Of a stretch of DNA of 64,000 nt, positions 18,994-28,847 are shown piece after piece. Under the pieces are notes generated by a model that saw nothing but the letters and a program-made list of their open reading frames with translations, had not been told where the DNA came from and searched no databases. The DNA is from Candidatus Nomurabacteria bacterium RIFCSPHIGHO2_02_FULL_42_19 (GTDB taxonomy: Bacteria; Patescibacteriota; Minisyncoccia; Phycocordibacterales; UBA9973), in the NCBI GenBank assembly GCA_001785615.1, contig MFUG01000013.1, positions 11,006-75,005 of the forward strand, in the 5' to 3' direction. The position numbers and the translations under genes were made by a program. Each line of letters opens with the position of its first letter. Position 1 is the first letter of the stretch.

Positions 18994-19654
18994 AGATTTT
19001 TTGGTGAATATTCTCTCTTGAGTCCATTTTATTCCCCACGATACACTCTATTTTTATCCAGCCCTTTTGTGTCTTGGTAAGCCAGAGCGCGCTTTTGCGT
19101 GAATTTTCTAAAAATTTTACATCTTTTTCATGGACATCTTTCTTTTTACCTAAATAATTTCTACTTCTACTTTTATTCCGCTCACGAATGAGTTTCAAGA
19201 CAATAGGGATAGGCACGTTCAGATAAAATACAGCATCCGGCTTTGGAATTTTGAAAACACTGTATTCCATCTCCGCCAGCCATTTTATAAATGCTTCACG
19301 CTTCTTGGTATTTGTAATTTTTCCTCCCTGGTGAATCTGGTTTGCGCTCGCGTACCTGTTGGCGACTATAATATTTCCTTCTTTGAGCCACTTTTCAATT
19401 TTATTCTTTGATTCAAAACGATCCGCCGCATATAAAACCGAGGCAATCTTCGGGTGAATCTTCACGAAATTATAATATTGCTCGGAAAGGCAGTGCCCGA
19501 TGAATTTTCCGAAAAAGTTTGAATAGTATTCCGGGAAGTCCACTACTTTCACCTTCCGGCCATCTTTCTTCAAATGCCTAATCAAAAGATTGGTCTGCGT
19601 CGCCTTGCCGCTCCCGTCCGTACCGTCTATTACTATGAGTTTACCTCTTTTCAT
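18965..19654 (-). CDS. tmk: Thymidylate kinase
   Basis: LIVIDGTDGSGKATQ P-loop, DRY-like region, and a lid typical of dTMP kinase. Confidence 0.85.
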   Translation of the reverse strand: MKRGKLIVIDGTDGSGKATQTNLLIRHLKKDGRKVKVVDFPEYYSNFFGKFIGHCLSEQYYNFVKIHPKIASVLYAADRFESKNKIEKWLKEGNIIVANRYASANQIHQGGKITNTKKREAFIKWLAEMEYSVFKIPKPDAVFYLNVPIPIVLKLIRERNKSRSRNYLGKKKDVHEKDVKFLENSRKSALWLTKTQKGWIKIECIVGNKMDSRENIHQKIYEKIKKILK

Positions 19655-20049
19655 ACTAATTTTCTATCCAATAACTCTTGAATATATTTGTCCATCGGCT
19701 CAAGTTTAGACAATTCACCTCGAGTAAGCCAGCGATGTTTTGAATGCTCTTCAGATAATTTTACTTCACCTATAGCTTCTCCTGCATAAGTAAGACAAAC
19801 AACATGTTTATCGGCCTTCAAAATATCCTGCGCCAGAAGAAGTTTAGGTTCGCCTGTAATAGAAAGTCCGGCTTCCTCCATCACTTCTCTTTTTAAGTTA
19901 TCGAGCAGAAAAACTCCAGGGGTAATTCTCCCGCCAACTATGTCCCATTTTGCTCCCACTTCCGGATACTTCTCTGGATTCCTCTGCAATAGTAAAAACT
20001 TTCCTTCTTTATTATTTAACAAAATTTTTACCCCGACTTGCAGTTCCAT
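19651..20049 (-). CDS. NUDIX hydrolase (MutT-like)
   Basis: Degenerate Nudix box GGRITPGVFLLDNLKREVMEEAGL. Confidence 0.65.
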   Translation of the reverse strand: MELQVGVKILLNNKEGKFLLLQRNPEKYPEVGAKWDIVGGRITPGVFLLDNLKREVMEEAGLSITGEPKLLLAQDILKADKHVVCLTYAGEAIGEVKLSEEHSKHRWLTRGELSKLEPMDKYIQELLDRKLV

Positions 20050-20052
20050 AAA

Positions 20053-20349
20053 TTATTTTTGGTATGAATGCCTAAGTTCAACTTTATCTTCATTTAAGCT
20101 ATATTCATATATATAGCGCACAGCGGGAGGTTGTTGTTCAACTCTAAAAAGAATACTTAGTTGTGGTCTCCCGTTACCAGAATGATTAAAAATAACATGG
20201 TCACAATCGCTTGCTTCAGGAAATCTTTCTTTTACTTTTTCGACAGGAATCTTCATCAGGCGAGAGAGCATCTCTAACCCCCTTTCTAAATCTAAAGATC
20301 TACTAAATTCTAGATTGATCCCCCACAATGGTGCTCCTTTTTCTATCAT
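20053..20349 (-). CDS. Hypothetical protein
   Basis: 98-aa ORF filling the gap between glyA and the NUDIX gene. No motif recognised. Confidence 0.3.
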   Translation of the reverse strand: MIEKGAPLWGINLEFSRSLDLERGLEMLSRLMKIPVEKVKERFPEASDCDHVIFNHSGNGRPQLSILFRVEQQPPAVRYIYEYSLNEDKVELRHSYQK

Positions 20350-20355
20350 AAATTT

Positions 20356-21600
20356 TTAGACAAACTTTTTCGGTATCGGAAACTTTTTTGCTAAGGTCTT
20401 AATTTCTTTGTGAATGGATTCTTTCATCTTTTTATTGTCTTTATTCTTGAGCGTTTCAATTAAAAGTTCTGCCACTAGTTTACATTCTTTTCCCTTGAAC
20501 CCGCGCGTAGTTATCGCCGGAGTGCCGAAACGGATCCCAGATGGGTCCAGCGGTTTCCTGGTGTCCCCTGCAATAGAATTCATGTTGAGAGTGATACCTA
20601 CCTCATCTAGTACCGTCTGCGCCTCTTTGCCTGTCACCCCAAGCGAGCCGAAAACATCGGCCAAAATCAGGTGATTATCCGTTCCGCCACCAATCATACG
20701 AATTTTATTTTTGCGTAAAACCCCTTCCATCGCTTTAGCATTTTTTAGGACCTGTCTTGCGTATTTTTTATACTTCGGTGTCATCGCCTCACCGAAGGCC
20801 ACCGCTTTCGCCGCGATAGTGTGCATGTGCGGGCCACCTTGAATACCGGGGAAAATTGATTTATCAATTTTCTTGGCAATTTCTTCACTTTCGCGGGTTA
20901 AAATTATGCCTCCACGTGGACCACGAAGTGTCTTGTGAGTGGTAGAAGTGATAACATCAAAGCCGTCATCAAATGGATTACGAAGTTCTCCCGCAGCAAT
21001 GAGCCCGGCAATGTGCGCCATGTCTGCCATAGTGATAGCTCCGACTTCGTGAGCAATTTCCACAAATTTTTTATAGTCCAGTGTGCGCGAATAGGCAGAA
21101 AACCCGGCAATAATTAATTTCGGCTTGGTCTCAAGCGCCACTTTTCGCATGTCTTCATAATCAATCTCTCCCGTATCCGGATTTTTCATTTTGTAAGTGA
21201 CGAATTTGTAAATTTTAGCAGGCAAAGTCATCGGGTGGCCATGAGTTAGGTGCCCACCGTGCGACAAATCCAGGCCGAGCACTGTGTCCCCCGGCACAAG
21301 AAGCGCCGCATACACTGCCAAGTTTGCCGGAGCGCCGGAATGCGGCTGAACATTGGCAAATTTACACTTAAAAAGTTTACAGATGCGTTCAATTGCCAGG
21401 CGTTCCACTTGATCTGTAAAATCCTGTCCTCCATAATAACGGCGGCCGGGATACCCTTCGGAATATTTATTGGTAAAGACCGAACCGTTCGCTCTCAAAA
21501 CGTCTTCCGATACATAGTTCTCCGATGGAATGAGTTCCAGCCCCTCTGCCTGTCTCTTTTCTTCCCCTTTGATCAACTTCTCTACTAGTTTATCTCGCAT
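20356..21600 (-). CDS. glyA: Serine hydroxymethyltransferase
   Basis: PLP-lysine region TTHKTLRGPRGG. SHMT-typical length. Confidence 0.9.
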   Translation of the reverse strand: MRDKLVEKLIKGEEKRQAEGLELIPSENYVSEDVLRANGSVFTNKYSEGYPGRRYYGGQDFTDQVERLAIERICKLFKCKFANVQPHSGAPANLAVYAALLVPGDTVLGLDLSHGGHLTHGHPMTLPAKIYKFVTYKMKNPDTGEIDYEDMRKVALETKPKLIIAGFSAYSRTLDYKKFVEIAHEVGAITMADMAHIAGLIAAGELRNPFDDGFDVITSTTHKTLRGPRGGIILTRESEEIAKKIDKSIFPGIQGGPHMHTIAAKAVAFGEAMTPKYKKYARQVLKNAKAMEGVLRKNKIRMIGGGTDNHLILADVFGSLGVTGKEAQTVLDEVGITLNMNSIAGDTRKPLDPSGIRFGTPAITTRGFKGKECKLVAELLIETLKNKDNKKMKESIHKEIKTLAKKFPIPKKFV

Positions 21601-22448
21601 GCGCCCAGTATATCACAAGAAAAAATTATTGTCCCAAGCAAATCTGTACGTAAAATTTTTGCCCCAAACTGAATAAGTGTGTCCAAAGTTTCTGGATGCG
21701 GATGTCCGTATTTATTATCTTTGCCGTCGGAGACAAGCGCATATGCTGGCGAGACGGCCTCCACGAAGGATGCGGATGAAGAAGTGCGCGAGCCGTGATG
21801 TCCGACTTTTAAAATATCGCTTGCAAGCGCCTCCTTGGAAAAACCGCCGAGCACTATTTTTTCTGTTTTAGCTGTGGCGTCTCCCATGAGCATGACAGAG
21901 GTGTCGCCATAAGTTAATTTGGCCACGATTGAGCCATCGTTTGGAGACCAATCAAAGATATCTCTGTCTGGAAATAAAATATCAATGACTGCGCCGCCGC
22001 CGATGTTAAGCCGCATTCCTTTCTTGGCTAAAACATTCGGAATATTTTTCCTTTTTATTTCGGCTTCAAGGTTTTGATATGTTTTTGAATCATTTATCGT
22101 TCCGGACTCAAGCACTGCTCCTACTTCGTAGACATTGAGGACATCCGGGAATCCGCCGATGTGGTCTTGGTCCGGGTTGGTGATGATTATAGCGTCCAGC
22201 TTCCGGTCAAAAGGAGACATTATCCGTGAAAGCTGGCTTAATATCTTCCGAGGCGGCCCCGCGTCCACCAATATCTGGGTTCCGGTTGGCGACTCTATAA
22301 AAAGCGCATCGCCTTGCCCGATGTCCAGTATGGCAAAAGTAAGCTCCTGCCCGAAGCTTTTGAAATCAAGATAAACTAGAAAAATATTTGAAACTAGCAG
22401 CAGAAAAACAAATATTAACAGGCCATACTTCTGACGTTTTGGAGTCAT
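21585..22448 (-). CDS. ComEC/Rec2-type metallo-beta-lactamase domain protein. Stand-alone C-terminal nuclease domain of ComEC with its own N-terminal TM helix
   Basis: ILDIGQGDALFIE...ITNPDQDHIGG...VGHHGS matches the ComEC C-terminal MBL domain. Confidence 0.7.
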   Translation of the reverse strand: MTPKRQKYGLLIFVFLLLVSNIFLVYLDFKSFGQELTFAILDIGQGDALFIESPTGTQILVDAGPPRKILSQLSRIMSPFDRKLDAIIITNPDQDHIGGFPDVLNVYEVGAVLESGTINDSKTYQNLEAEIKRKNIPNVLAKKGMRLNIGGGAVIDILFPDRDIFDWSPNDGSIVAKLTYGDTSVMLMGDATAKTEKIVLGGFSKEALASDILKVGHHGSRTSSSASFVEAVSPAYALVSDGKDNKYGHPHPETLDTLIQFGAKILRTDLLGTIIFSCDILGACEIN

Positions 22449-22462
22449 GGTATAATACTAAC

Positions 22463-23059
22463 ATGAAAAAATTTGAAGAAATGAAATTTAATATCCCAGA
22501 GCTTAAGGGCATTTCCAAGAAAAATATTGATGAGCACCTGAAGCTTTACGCCGGCTATGTAAAAAATGCAAACTTGATTACAGATAAAATTGGAGAATAC
22601 ATGGCAGACCCGGAGAAAAATATGTTTGTACTAGGAGAGTTGCAAAGAAGGTTTAGTTTTGAATTTAACGGCATTAGGAATCATGAATATTATTTTGCTT
22701 CGCTTGAAGGTGGGGCGAAGCCGCTTTCCGCAAATTCTAAACTTAAAACTGCTATAGAGAATCAGACACCTTCTTTTGACGCCTGGCTGGTTTCATTCAA
22801 GTTGCTGGCTATGACTCGCGGTGTGGGCTGGGCAGTACTCGCCTGGGATCATGACACCGAGCAATTCCTCCACATTTGGGTAGATGAGCAACACCTGGGT
22901 CAATTAAACGGGGCGTGCTGGATACTGGCTATTGATATGTGGGAGCACGCTTTTGTTTACGACTACCCTACCTCGGAAAAGAAAAAATATATTGAGGCAT
23001 TTTTTGAAAACCTAAACTGGGAAGTAGCAGAAGAATATTTTACAGAACTTCAGCATTAA
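22463..23059 (+). CDS. sodA: Fe/Mn superoxide dismutase
   Basis: GWAVLAWD and DMWEHAFVYDY (Asp/His metal ligands) plus the NHEYYF region. Start moved to the internal ATG at 22463 to avoid the 60-nt overlap. Confidence 0.8.
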   Translation: MKKFEEMKFNIPELKGISKKNIDEHLKLYAGYVKNANLITDKIGEYMADPEKNMFVLGELQRRFSFEFNGIRNHEYYFASLEGGAKPLSANSKLKTAIENQTPSFDAWLVSFKLLAMTRGVGWAVLAWDHDTEQFLHIWVDEQHLGQLNGACWILAIDMWEHAFVYDYPTSEKKKYIEAFFENLNWEVAEEYFTELQH

Positions 23060-24515
23060 AAAATTTCTTTATAGCGCGCCCAAAAAGCATATAAATAAAA
23101 TATGCATAGGTTAGAAGTACTAGGAACAGGGGAAAATTTGGGACAGAAAAGGAGGCAAAAGGAATGTTGGCGAAAAATTCTATGACTCCGAGCACATAGT
23201 GAAGCAGGAGATATGATATGAAACCGGCCGGTACCGCTAAACCATACCAAATAATGCCGAAAAAGCTGGTGAGAAATCCGAGCAGCATAGTAAAAGGAAT
23301 AAAAGGTAAAACCAGGATGTTCGCCGGCAAGGCAACTAGGGAAAAATTACCCATTTTATATAAAATAAAAGGAAAAACGAAAATATACGCGGCGCTAGTA
23401 ACGGAAACTATGTCCCGCAACTTGAAATAGTCCGGCACCCACCTAAAATATTTTTCAATTCGAGGTGTAAAGAAGATTACTGCCACGGTAGCGATAAAAG
23501 AAAGCTGGAAAGAAACATCATAAACGAGCACAAATGGGTTTAATAGAATCATAAAAACACCGGCGAGTACCAGCGCTCTCCCCACATCGTATGTTCGGCC
23601 ACTAGCTCGGGCTACCAGTGCAAGCGTCGCCATTATCCCCGCTCGCAAGGCCGTAGAACTTCCGCCAGTCATCAAGACGAAAAGTAAAATCGCCAAAATC
23701 CCCATACCGATACCGAGGTGTTGCGGTAAAAAACTAAATAGTTTCATAAACCACTCGGCCACTATAGTGATGTTGTATCCGGAGAGAGCCACGATGTGTA
23801 TCGTTCCGGTATCGACAAAGCTCTGCCGCAGTTCCTGGCTAAAAGAGGACTTTTCCCCTAAAATCAGCCCGCCCATTAGGAGATTCTCGGGGCTCCTAAT
23901 AGCAAAATTCATTTTCTCTAAAAATTTTTCTTTGACAGAAAATAATATACTTTTTATCCAGTTCCCATGGCCACGTGAGACAACTTCTACTTCTCCATAG
24001 TTCACTATATAAAAGATTCCATCTTTACGTAAGTAATTTATATAGTCAAATTCTTTCCCCTGATCAGTAATAAAATTCTCTGGTTTTTCTAATTTTCCAG
24101 AAAAATTTACTTCGTCACCGTATTTGAAATATTGGTTGAAGTTTACTGTGGCTAAAATTTTTGTTTTTTCCTCCCCTACTTTAGTTTCAATAGTTAGATT
24201 CTGACTATTTTCTCTGATATCGGGCTCATCGACAATCATTCCAGATAAGGAAACCTTCTCTCCTAGTTGCGACTCAAAAACATAAGGCGCCGGCTTGTCA
24301 GCCATGTGAAACCTTAAAATCCCAAGTGAAAACATTAAAACAAAAATTCCAGTAATTATTCCCCACTTGTACTTTGCTAAACTAAAGTAGAAAACTCCTG
24401 CCAGCGGAATTATCACTAACAGCAAAATAAAATGAAAATTTACAGAAACAAAAGACCGCAAAAGTACTCCTATGGTAAAACCGAAACAAACTGAATAAAA
24501 AATCCTATCTTGCAT
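23040..24515 (-). CDS. comEC: ComEC/Rec2 DNA internalisation channel (DUF4131 + competence domain). Lacks the MBL domain
   Basis: Polytopic membrane protein with the competence-domain motif VDTGTIHIVALSGYNITIV. Confidence 0.75.
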   Translation of the reverse strand: MQDRIFYSVCFGFTIGVLLRSFVSVNFHFILLLVIIPLAGVFYFSLAKYKWGIITGIFVLMFSLGILRFHMADKPAPYVFESQLGEKVSLSGMIVDEPDIRENSQNLTIETKVGEEKTKILATVNFNQYFKYGDEVNFSGKLEKPENFITDQGKEFDYINYLRKDGIFYIVNYGEVEVVSRGHGNWIKSILFSVKEKFLEKMNFAIRSPENLLMGGLILGEKSSFSQELRQSFVDTGTIHIVALSGYNITIVAEWFMKLFSFLPQHLGIGMGILAILLFVLMTGGSSTALRAGIMATLALVARASGRTYDVGRALVLAGVFMILLNPFVLVYDVSFQLSFIATVAVIFFTPRIEKYFRWVPDYFKLRDIVSVTSAAYIFVFPFILYKMGNFSLVALPANILVLPFIPFTMLLGFLTSFFGIIWYGLAVPAGFISYLLLHYVLGVIEFFANIPFASFSVPNFPLFLVLLTYAYFIYMLFGRAIKKFFNAEVL

Positions 24516-24978
24516 TTTTTAATTTCACTGGCTCGCCTAGGGCATTGCTGGTGGCAATGAGGTCTGCGCGGTCGTTATGTTTATCCTCATTGTGTCCTTT
24601 CACGTAAGTCCACTTGGGCTTTAGCTCTTCCGTAAGTCCGTAAAGCTCTTCCCAAAGTGCGCGATTGAGGACTGGTTTTTTATTCGCATTGCGCCAATTA
24701 TTTTTTATCCAGTTCCCTATCCACTCGGTAATTCCTAAAATTACATATTTGGAGTCCGAGATAATTTCCACATTTAAGCCATGGCTGAAATGTGTTTTTA
24801 CATATTTCAAAGCTTCAATGGGAGCGGTAAGCTCCATTATGTTATTCGTCGCATGCTCGACGCTCCCACCAATTTCAAAAACTTTTTTATCCACAACAAA
24901 AACCGCACCCCAACCAGCCGCCCCAGGATTGCCCTTCGCCGCCCCATCGGTATAAATTGTGATTTTGTTATTTTTCAC
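24505..24978 (-). CDS. rnhA: Ribonuclease HI
   Basis: IYTDGAAKGNPGAAGWGAV...ELTA...SDS motif set. Confidence 0.85.
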   Translation of the reverse strand: MKNNKITIYTDGAAKGNPGAAGWGAVFVVDKKVFEIGGSVEHATNNIMELTAPIEALKYVKTHFSHGLNVEIISDSKYVILGITEWIGNWIKNNWRNANKKPVLNRALWEELYGLTEELKPKWTYVKGHNEDKHNDRADLIATSNALGEPVKLKNAR

Positions 24979-24980
24979 AA

Positions 24981-26654
24981 CTAAATTATATCAGTTACTC
25001 TTAATCTTAACTCTTCTCGGCCTCTCCATCTAGACAAGTCAAAAGTCGCCAGAAGATTGACATTTCCTCCTTCAGCTATAGGTATCTTAAAAGAATTGTG
25101 GTTAGAGAAAAAGGAAACGGCCTTGGACTTATGGCCCTCTTTGTTGGAAAAAGCAATTTCTAAGTGCTCTTCCGAACCATTTTTGCCAAATTTTTTTATT
25201 TTTTCCACTTTCACTCCCTCAAAAAGAAAAATGGGCTTCTCATTTCCTATGCCGAAAGGGGCAAGTTTGGCAAGTTCTTTCCAATTTTTCATATTAACTG
25301 CATCAAGATCCGTATTTATATCATGCAAAAGACCATTACTGAAGTCCCCACTTAAATCATTACTTTTTTCCTCTTTTTTTATTTTATTAAATGACAGAGA
25401 CAGAGCCTCCTCTAAGAAATGAATTTTGTCGTTCTTCACTGTAAATCCGCCAGCCAGCTCATGCCCACCAAAATCCGTAAAAAATTCACCCGTTGCAGCC
25501 ATCAACTCAACGACAGAAACCGAGCCATCACTTCGACATGATCCCTTAATGCAACTATTCTCGTCCTTGCCCCAGACAAATACGGGCTTATTGTGTTCAT
25601 CCGATATCTTGCCAGCCACCAGCCCCAAAACACCTACCCGCCAGGAAGGATTACCTATTACTATTACTTCCCGCAATTCGCCGGCGCTTCTTTTTTCAAA
25701 ATTTTTATTGACTTCACGCATAATGCTCACCACAATACTCTTCCTGTCGTCATTAATTTTTGACAATTGATCCGCCAGTATCCCCGCTTCTACTTCGTCT
25801 TCGGTGGAAAGAAGTTCGTAGGCCAAAAGTGGGCTCGCCATTCGGGAGGCGGCATTGAGCCGTGGAGCGAGCATAAAGCCGACATCGTCTTCGGTTAAAT
25901 ATTTCTGATCAATGTTCATTTTTGCTAAAAGTTTCTGCAGGCCGGGACGGGGCGACTTGCGTAAGACCGTCATCCCGAAGTGAGCGATAGCCCTGTTCTC
26001 GCCCAAAAGCGGCACCATGTCGGAGAGAGTGGCAAGGCCTGCCATGTCTAGCATCCATTTTTCCGCGCCATCTTTTATTTTAAAATATTCGCCGTATTTT
26101 TTTATAAATCCTTGCACTAATTTGAAAACTACTCCGGCCCCACAGAGCATTTTTCCCGGATAGTCATCCGTTTTAGGATTTAAAATAGCGTAAGCGCGAG
26201 GCAGAACCTCAGGTGGCAAGTGGTGGTCCGTAATTATTACGTCAATATCATCTACTTCTGTTTGAGCTACTTCAGCCACCGCCGTAATACCGAGGTCAAC
26301 AGTTATTAAAAGCTTTACTCCTGCCTCGGCAAATTGTTTTATCGCTTCTAGATTTAGCCCATAGCCCTCGGAATTTCTTTGGGGAATGTAGACCTCGTAA
26401 TTTGAATAATTTATTTTCTTAAACAAGTCGCACAGAATCACTGCGCCAGGAATTCCGTCACAATCATAGTCCGCATAGATAACTATCTTTTCTTTATTCT
26501 CTATCGCTTCATATAGCCGTACACAGGCGCGCTCCATGTCTTTCATCAAGAATGGGTCATGCAAGTCACGCTTGTAATCTGGATTTAAAAAAATTTCTCT
26601 TTCCTCTTCACCCATAATTCCACGTTTTTCCAAAATAGTTTCCAATAATTCCAT
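24981..26654 (-). CDS. recJ: Single-stranded-DNA-specific exonuclease RecJ
   Basis: DHH motifs (YADYDCDG, ITDHH) and DHHA1 (GGHELAGG). Confidence 0.85.
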   Translation of the reverse strand: MELLETILEKRGIMGEEEREIFLNPDYKRDLHDPFLMKDMERACVRLYEAIENKEKIVIYADYDCDGIPGAVILCDLFKKINYSNYEVYIPQRNSEGYGLNLEAIKQFAEAGVKLLITVDLGITAVAEVAQTEVDDIDVIITDHHLPPEVLPRAYAILNPKTDDYPGKMLCGAGVVFKLVQGFIKKYGEYFKIKDGAEKWMLDMAGLATLSDMVPLLGENRAIAHFGMTVLRKSPRPGLQKLLAKMNIDQKYLTEDDVGFMLAPRLNAASRMASPLLAYELLSTEDEVEAGILADQLSKINDDRKSIVVSIMREVNKNFEKRSAGELREVIVIGNPSWRVGVLGLVAGKISDEHNKPVFVWGKDENSCIKGSCRSDGSVSVVELMAATGEFFTDFGGHELAGGFTVKNDKIHFLEEALSLSFNKIKKEEKSNDLSGDFSNGLLHDINTDLDAVNMKNWKELAKLAPFGIGNEKPIFLFEGVKVEKIKKFGKNGSEEHLEIAFSNKEGHKSKAVSFFSNHNSFKIPIAEGGNVNLLATFDLSRWRGREELRLRVTDII

Positions 26655-26668
26655 GATATAATACTAGC

Positions 26669-27061
26669 ATGGAAAGCTGTGTTTTCTGCAAAATTGTAAA
26701 AGGCGAAATCCCTTGTGACAAAACCTATGAGGATAAGGACTTTTTGTCATTTTTGACCATCGAACCGGTCTCCGACGGACATCTTTTAATAATACCCAAG
26801 GAGCATGTGGCCTGGATGCAGGATGCAAGCGATGAAACACTCGCGGGGCTTTTTAAGGTGGCAAAAAAGTTAATGAGGGCGATAAAAAAAGGATTTAAGG
26901 CGGACTACGTACAGCTCTCTGTCGCCGGCGAAGAAGTGCCACATTTTCATGTACATTTATTTTCGAGATATTTAAATGATGGTCTATTTAACTTTCCTCA
27001 CAAGAAATACAAAGAGGGCGAAGCAAGCAAAATTGTAAAAAAAATTACTCAAGCGTTTTGA
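26669..27061 (+). CDS. HIT-family (histidine triad) nucleotide hydrolase
   Basis: HFHVHLF histidine triad. C-x-x-C near the N-terminus. Confidence 0.8.
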   Translation: MESCVFCKIVKGEIPCDKTYEDKDFLSFLTIEPVSDGHLLIIPKEHVAWMQDASDETLAGLFKVAKKLMRAIKKGFKADYVQLSVAGEEVPHFHVHLFSRYLNDGLFNFPHKKYKEGEASKIVKKITQAF

Positions 27062-27138
27062 TAAGAAATTTAACAAAACGATTCCCATAAAATCAATATT
27101 TATAATTCTGCTATAGCAGATAAAAAAGTATCGATAAC

Positions 27139-27636
27139 TTAACTTAAAGCAAAAGAGTCGGTTTTGTACGGTTTTGCTAATTTTAATACCTTTATACATT
27201 TCTCAAGATGAATGTGCTCTAGATAAGAGATAAATTCTCGAGGCAAAGGAGAAGGACCAACCCATATACTTTTTTGAATCATTTTATACCCGAACTTTCT
27301 TAAATGCCACCTGAACCATTCCCGCTCAGCTCTCTTACTTTGCGGGATATCATACATCACAATAAGATTTTTTGGGGCGTCTTTGGGAAAACAAGATGGA
27401 AATTCCTTTATGAAGTTCAACTTTCTTTCTAAATACTTCCTACCAGCACTAGTTATAATTGCCTTGTCCTCTCCTGTCAGAATATACTTTTTCTGTTTCA
27501 ACTCGTATAAAGAGTTTCGGATAGATTGTCTTTTATAAGAGCCGAAGGCGGGCAAGCCAAAGAAGCTCACCGGCATACCCTTGTACCTAAAGTGCGGTTC
27601 TAGAAGAAGCCCTAGAATTTTTTCTCCTAAATTCAT
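27139..27636 (-). CDS. PaaX-like/Cas2-like-motif small protein, paralog (subfamily B)
   Basis: LIVMYDIPQSKRAEREWFRWHLRKFGYKMIQKSIWVGPSPLPREF. Closest to 9235..9708. Confidence 0.5.
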   Translation of the reverse strand: MNLGEKILGLLLEPHFRYKGMPVSFFGLPAFGSYKRQSIRNSLYELKQKKYILTGEDKAIITSAGRKYLERKLNFIKEFPSCFPKDAPKNLIVMYDIPQSKRAEREWFRWHLRKFGYKMIQKSIWVGPSPLPREFISYLEHIHLEKCIKVLKLAKPYKTDSFALS

Positions 27637-27731
27637 AGCTTAATTAAGCATAACACACTATATACTCAAAATCTAGCCATGGCATAAATTAAAGTATGGT
27701 AACACAAAATTATATAGTATTAATTTAGAAA

Positions 27732-28847
27732 TCACCCAAGCGCTTTGATGCCGGGCAGGGTGCCGTTCGCCAGAAAGTCCAAAGTAGCGCCACCGCCGGT
27801 GGAAACGAAAGAAAAATCTTTTTCTATTTGCATTTGAGAAATAAGAGCCACCGTATCTCCGCCGCCGATAATGCTTTTAGCCCCTGAATCAGCGACCATT
27901 TTTAATATTTTTTTAGTCCCCTTCTCTCCGCCCACTTCATACTTCCCCAGCGGACCATTCCAAAGAATTAATTTTGCATTTTTAATGTAGGGCTCCAGTT
28001 TTTTTATCGTTTTATCTCCCACATCCAGAATAACTTCATCTTTTTGCACTTCTTCTGCCCTTTTATTTACAAGCTTATCGCCCACTTGGATCGTTACATC
28101 CTCCGGCACTATTAACTTTTTATTTTCAAGAAACTTTGTTAGATCGTAGCCCGAATCATCCACCAGCGATTGTCCTACTTCGTATCCTCTGGCTTTCAAA
28201 ACATCGTTCGCCAGCGCACCGCCAATGAATACATTATCAGCGAGTTCTAGATACTTATCGATCAGCGGTAATTTAGTAGAAAACTTGGCTCCCCCCAGAA
28301 TGAACAAAAAAGGATGTTCTGGATTTTCAAAAGCACTAGATAAATGTTTGACTTCTTCTTGGAGCTGTAATCCTGCGTAGGCAGGCAGAATCTTGGGCAA
28401 CAAAACAAGCGAAGCGTCTTCTCGGTGGTCAACTGGGAAGGCCTCATTCACGTAAATTTCCGCGAGCTTTGAAAGCTCGAGGGCAAAAATCTGGCTGTTT
28501 TCTTTCTCCCTCGGATCATTTCTTAAATTTTCAAGTAGAATTATCTCGCCTTCCTTCATCTCGGCCACTGCATTTTGTACTTTTTCTCCTAAAACATCTG
28601 GTACAAATTTAACTTTAATAAATTTCTCCAGGGCTTCTACCACTGGAGCCATGCCCCCTTCGCCTTTACTTAAATGGCTAGCCAAAATAATTTTGGCGCC
28701 TTTCTTTTGCAAAAATTCTATAGTAGGTAGAGCTTTCTTGATGCGAAAATTATCTTGAGCTTTTCCACCTACAATAGGCAGATTTAAGTCCGCTCGCAAA
28801 AATACCACTTTTCCTTTTATGTCTTTTAACTCTTTAACGCTTCGCAT
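27732..28847 (-). CDS. pgk: Phosphoglycerate kinase
   Basis: VFLRADLNLP N-terminus. Conserved Gly-rich C-terminal ATP-binding motifs. Confidence 0.9.
   Translation of the reverse strand: MRSVKELKDIKGKVVFLRADLNLPIVGGKAQDNFRIKKALPTIEFLQKKGAKIILASHLSKGEGGMAPVVEALEKFIKVKFVPDVLGEKVQNAVAEMKEGEIILLENLRNDPREKENSQIFALELSKLAEIYVNEAFPVDHREDASLVLLPKILPAYAGLQLQEEVKHLSSAFENPEHPFLFILGGAKFSTKLPLIDKYLELADNVFIGGALANDVLKARGYEVGQSLVDDSGYDLTKFLENKKLIVPEDVTIQVGDKLVNKRAEEVQKDEVILDVGDKTIKKLEPYIKNAKLILWNGPLGKYEVGGEKGTKKILKMVADSGAKSIIGGGDTVALISQMQIEKDFSFVSTGGGATLDFLANGTLPGIKALG

Noticed and set aside
22388-22462. Longer sodA ORF starting at 22388 overlapping the ComEC-MBL gene by 60 nt
   Set aside because: The SOD family N-terminus aligns from the internal Met at 22463. 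The upstream extension is likely an ORF-caller artefact.
4327-27636. Cas2-like-motif proteins as evidence of a CRISPR-Cas locus
   Set aside because: No cas1 or any other cas gene, and no repeat-spacer array anywhere in the window. The flanking repeats occur as single pairs of palindromes, not arrays. The resemblance is fold-level and is treated as a PaaX/VapD-like domain only.
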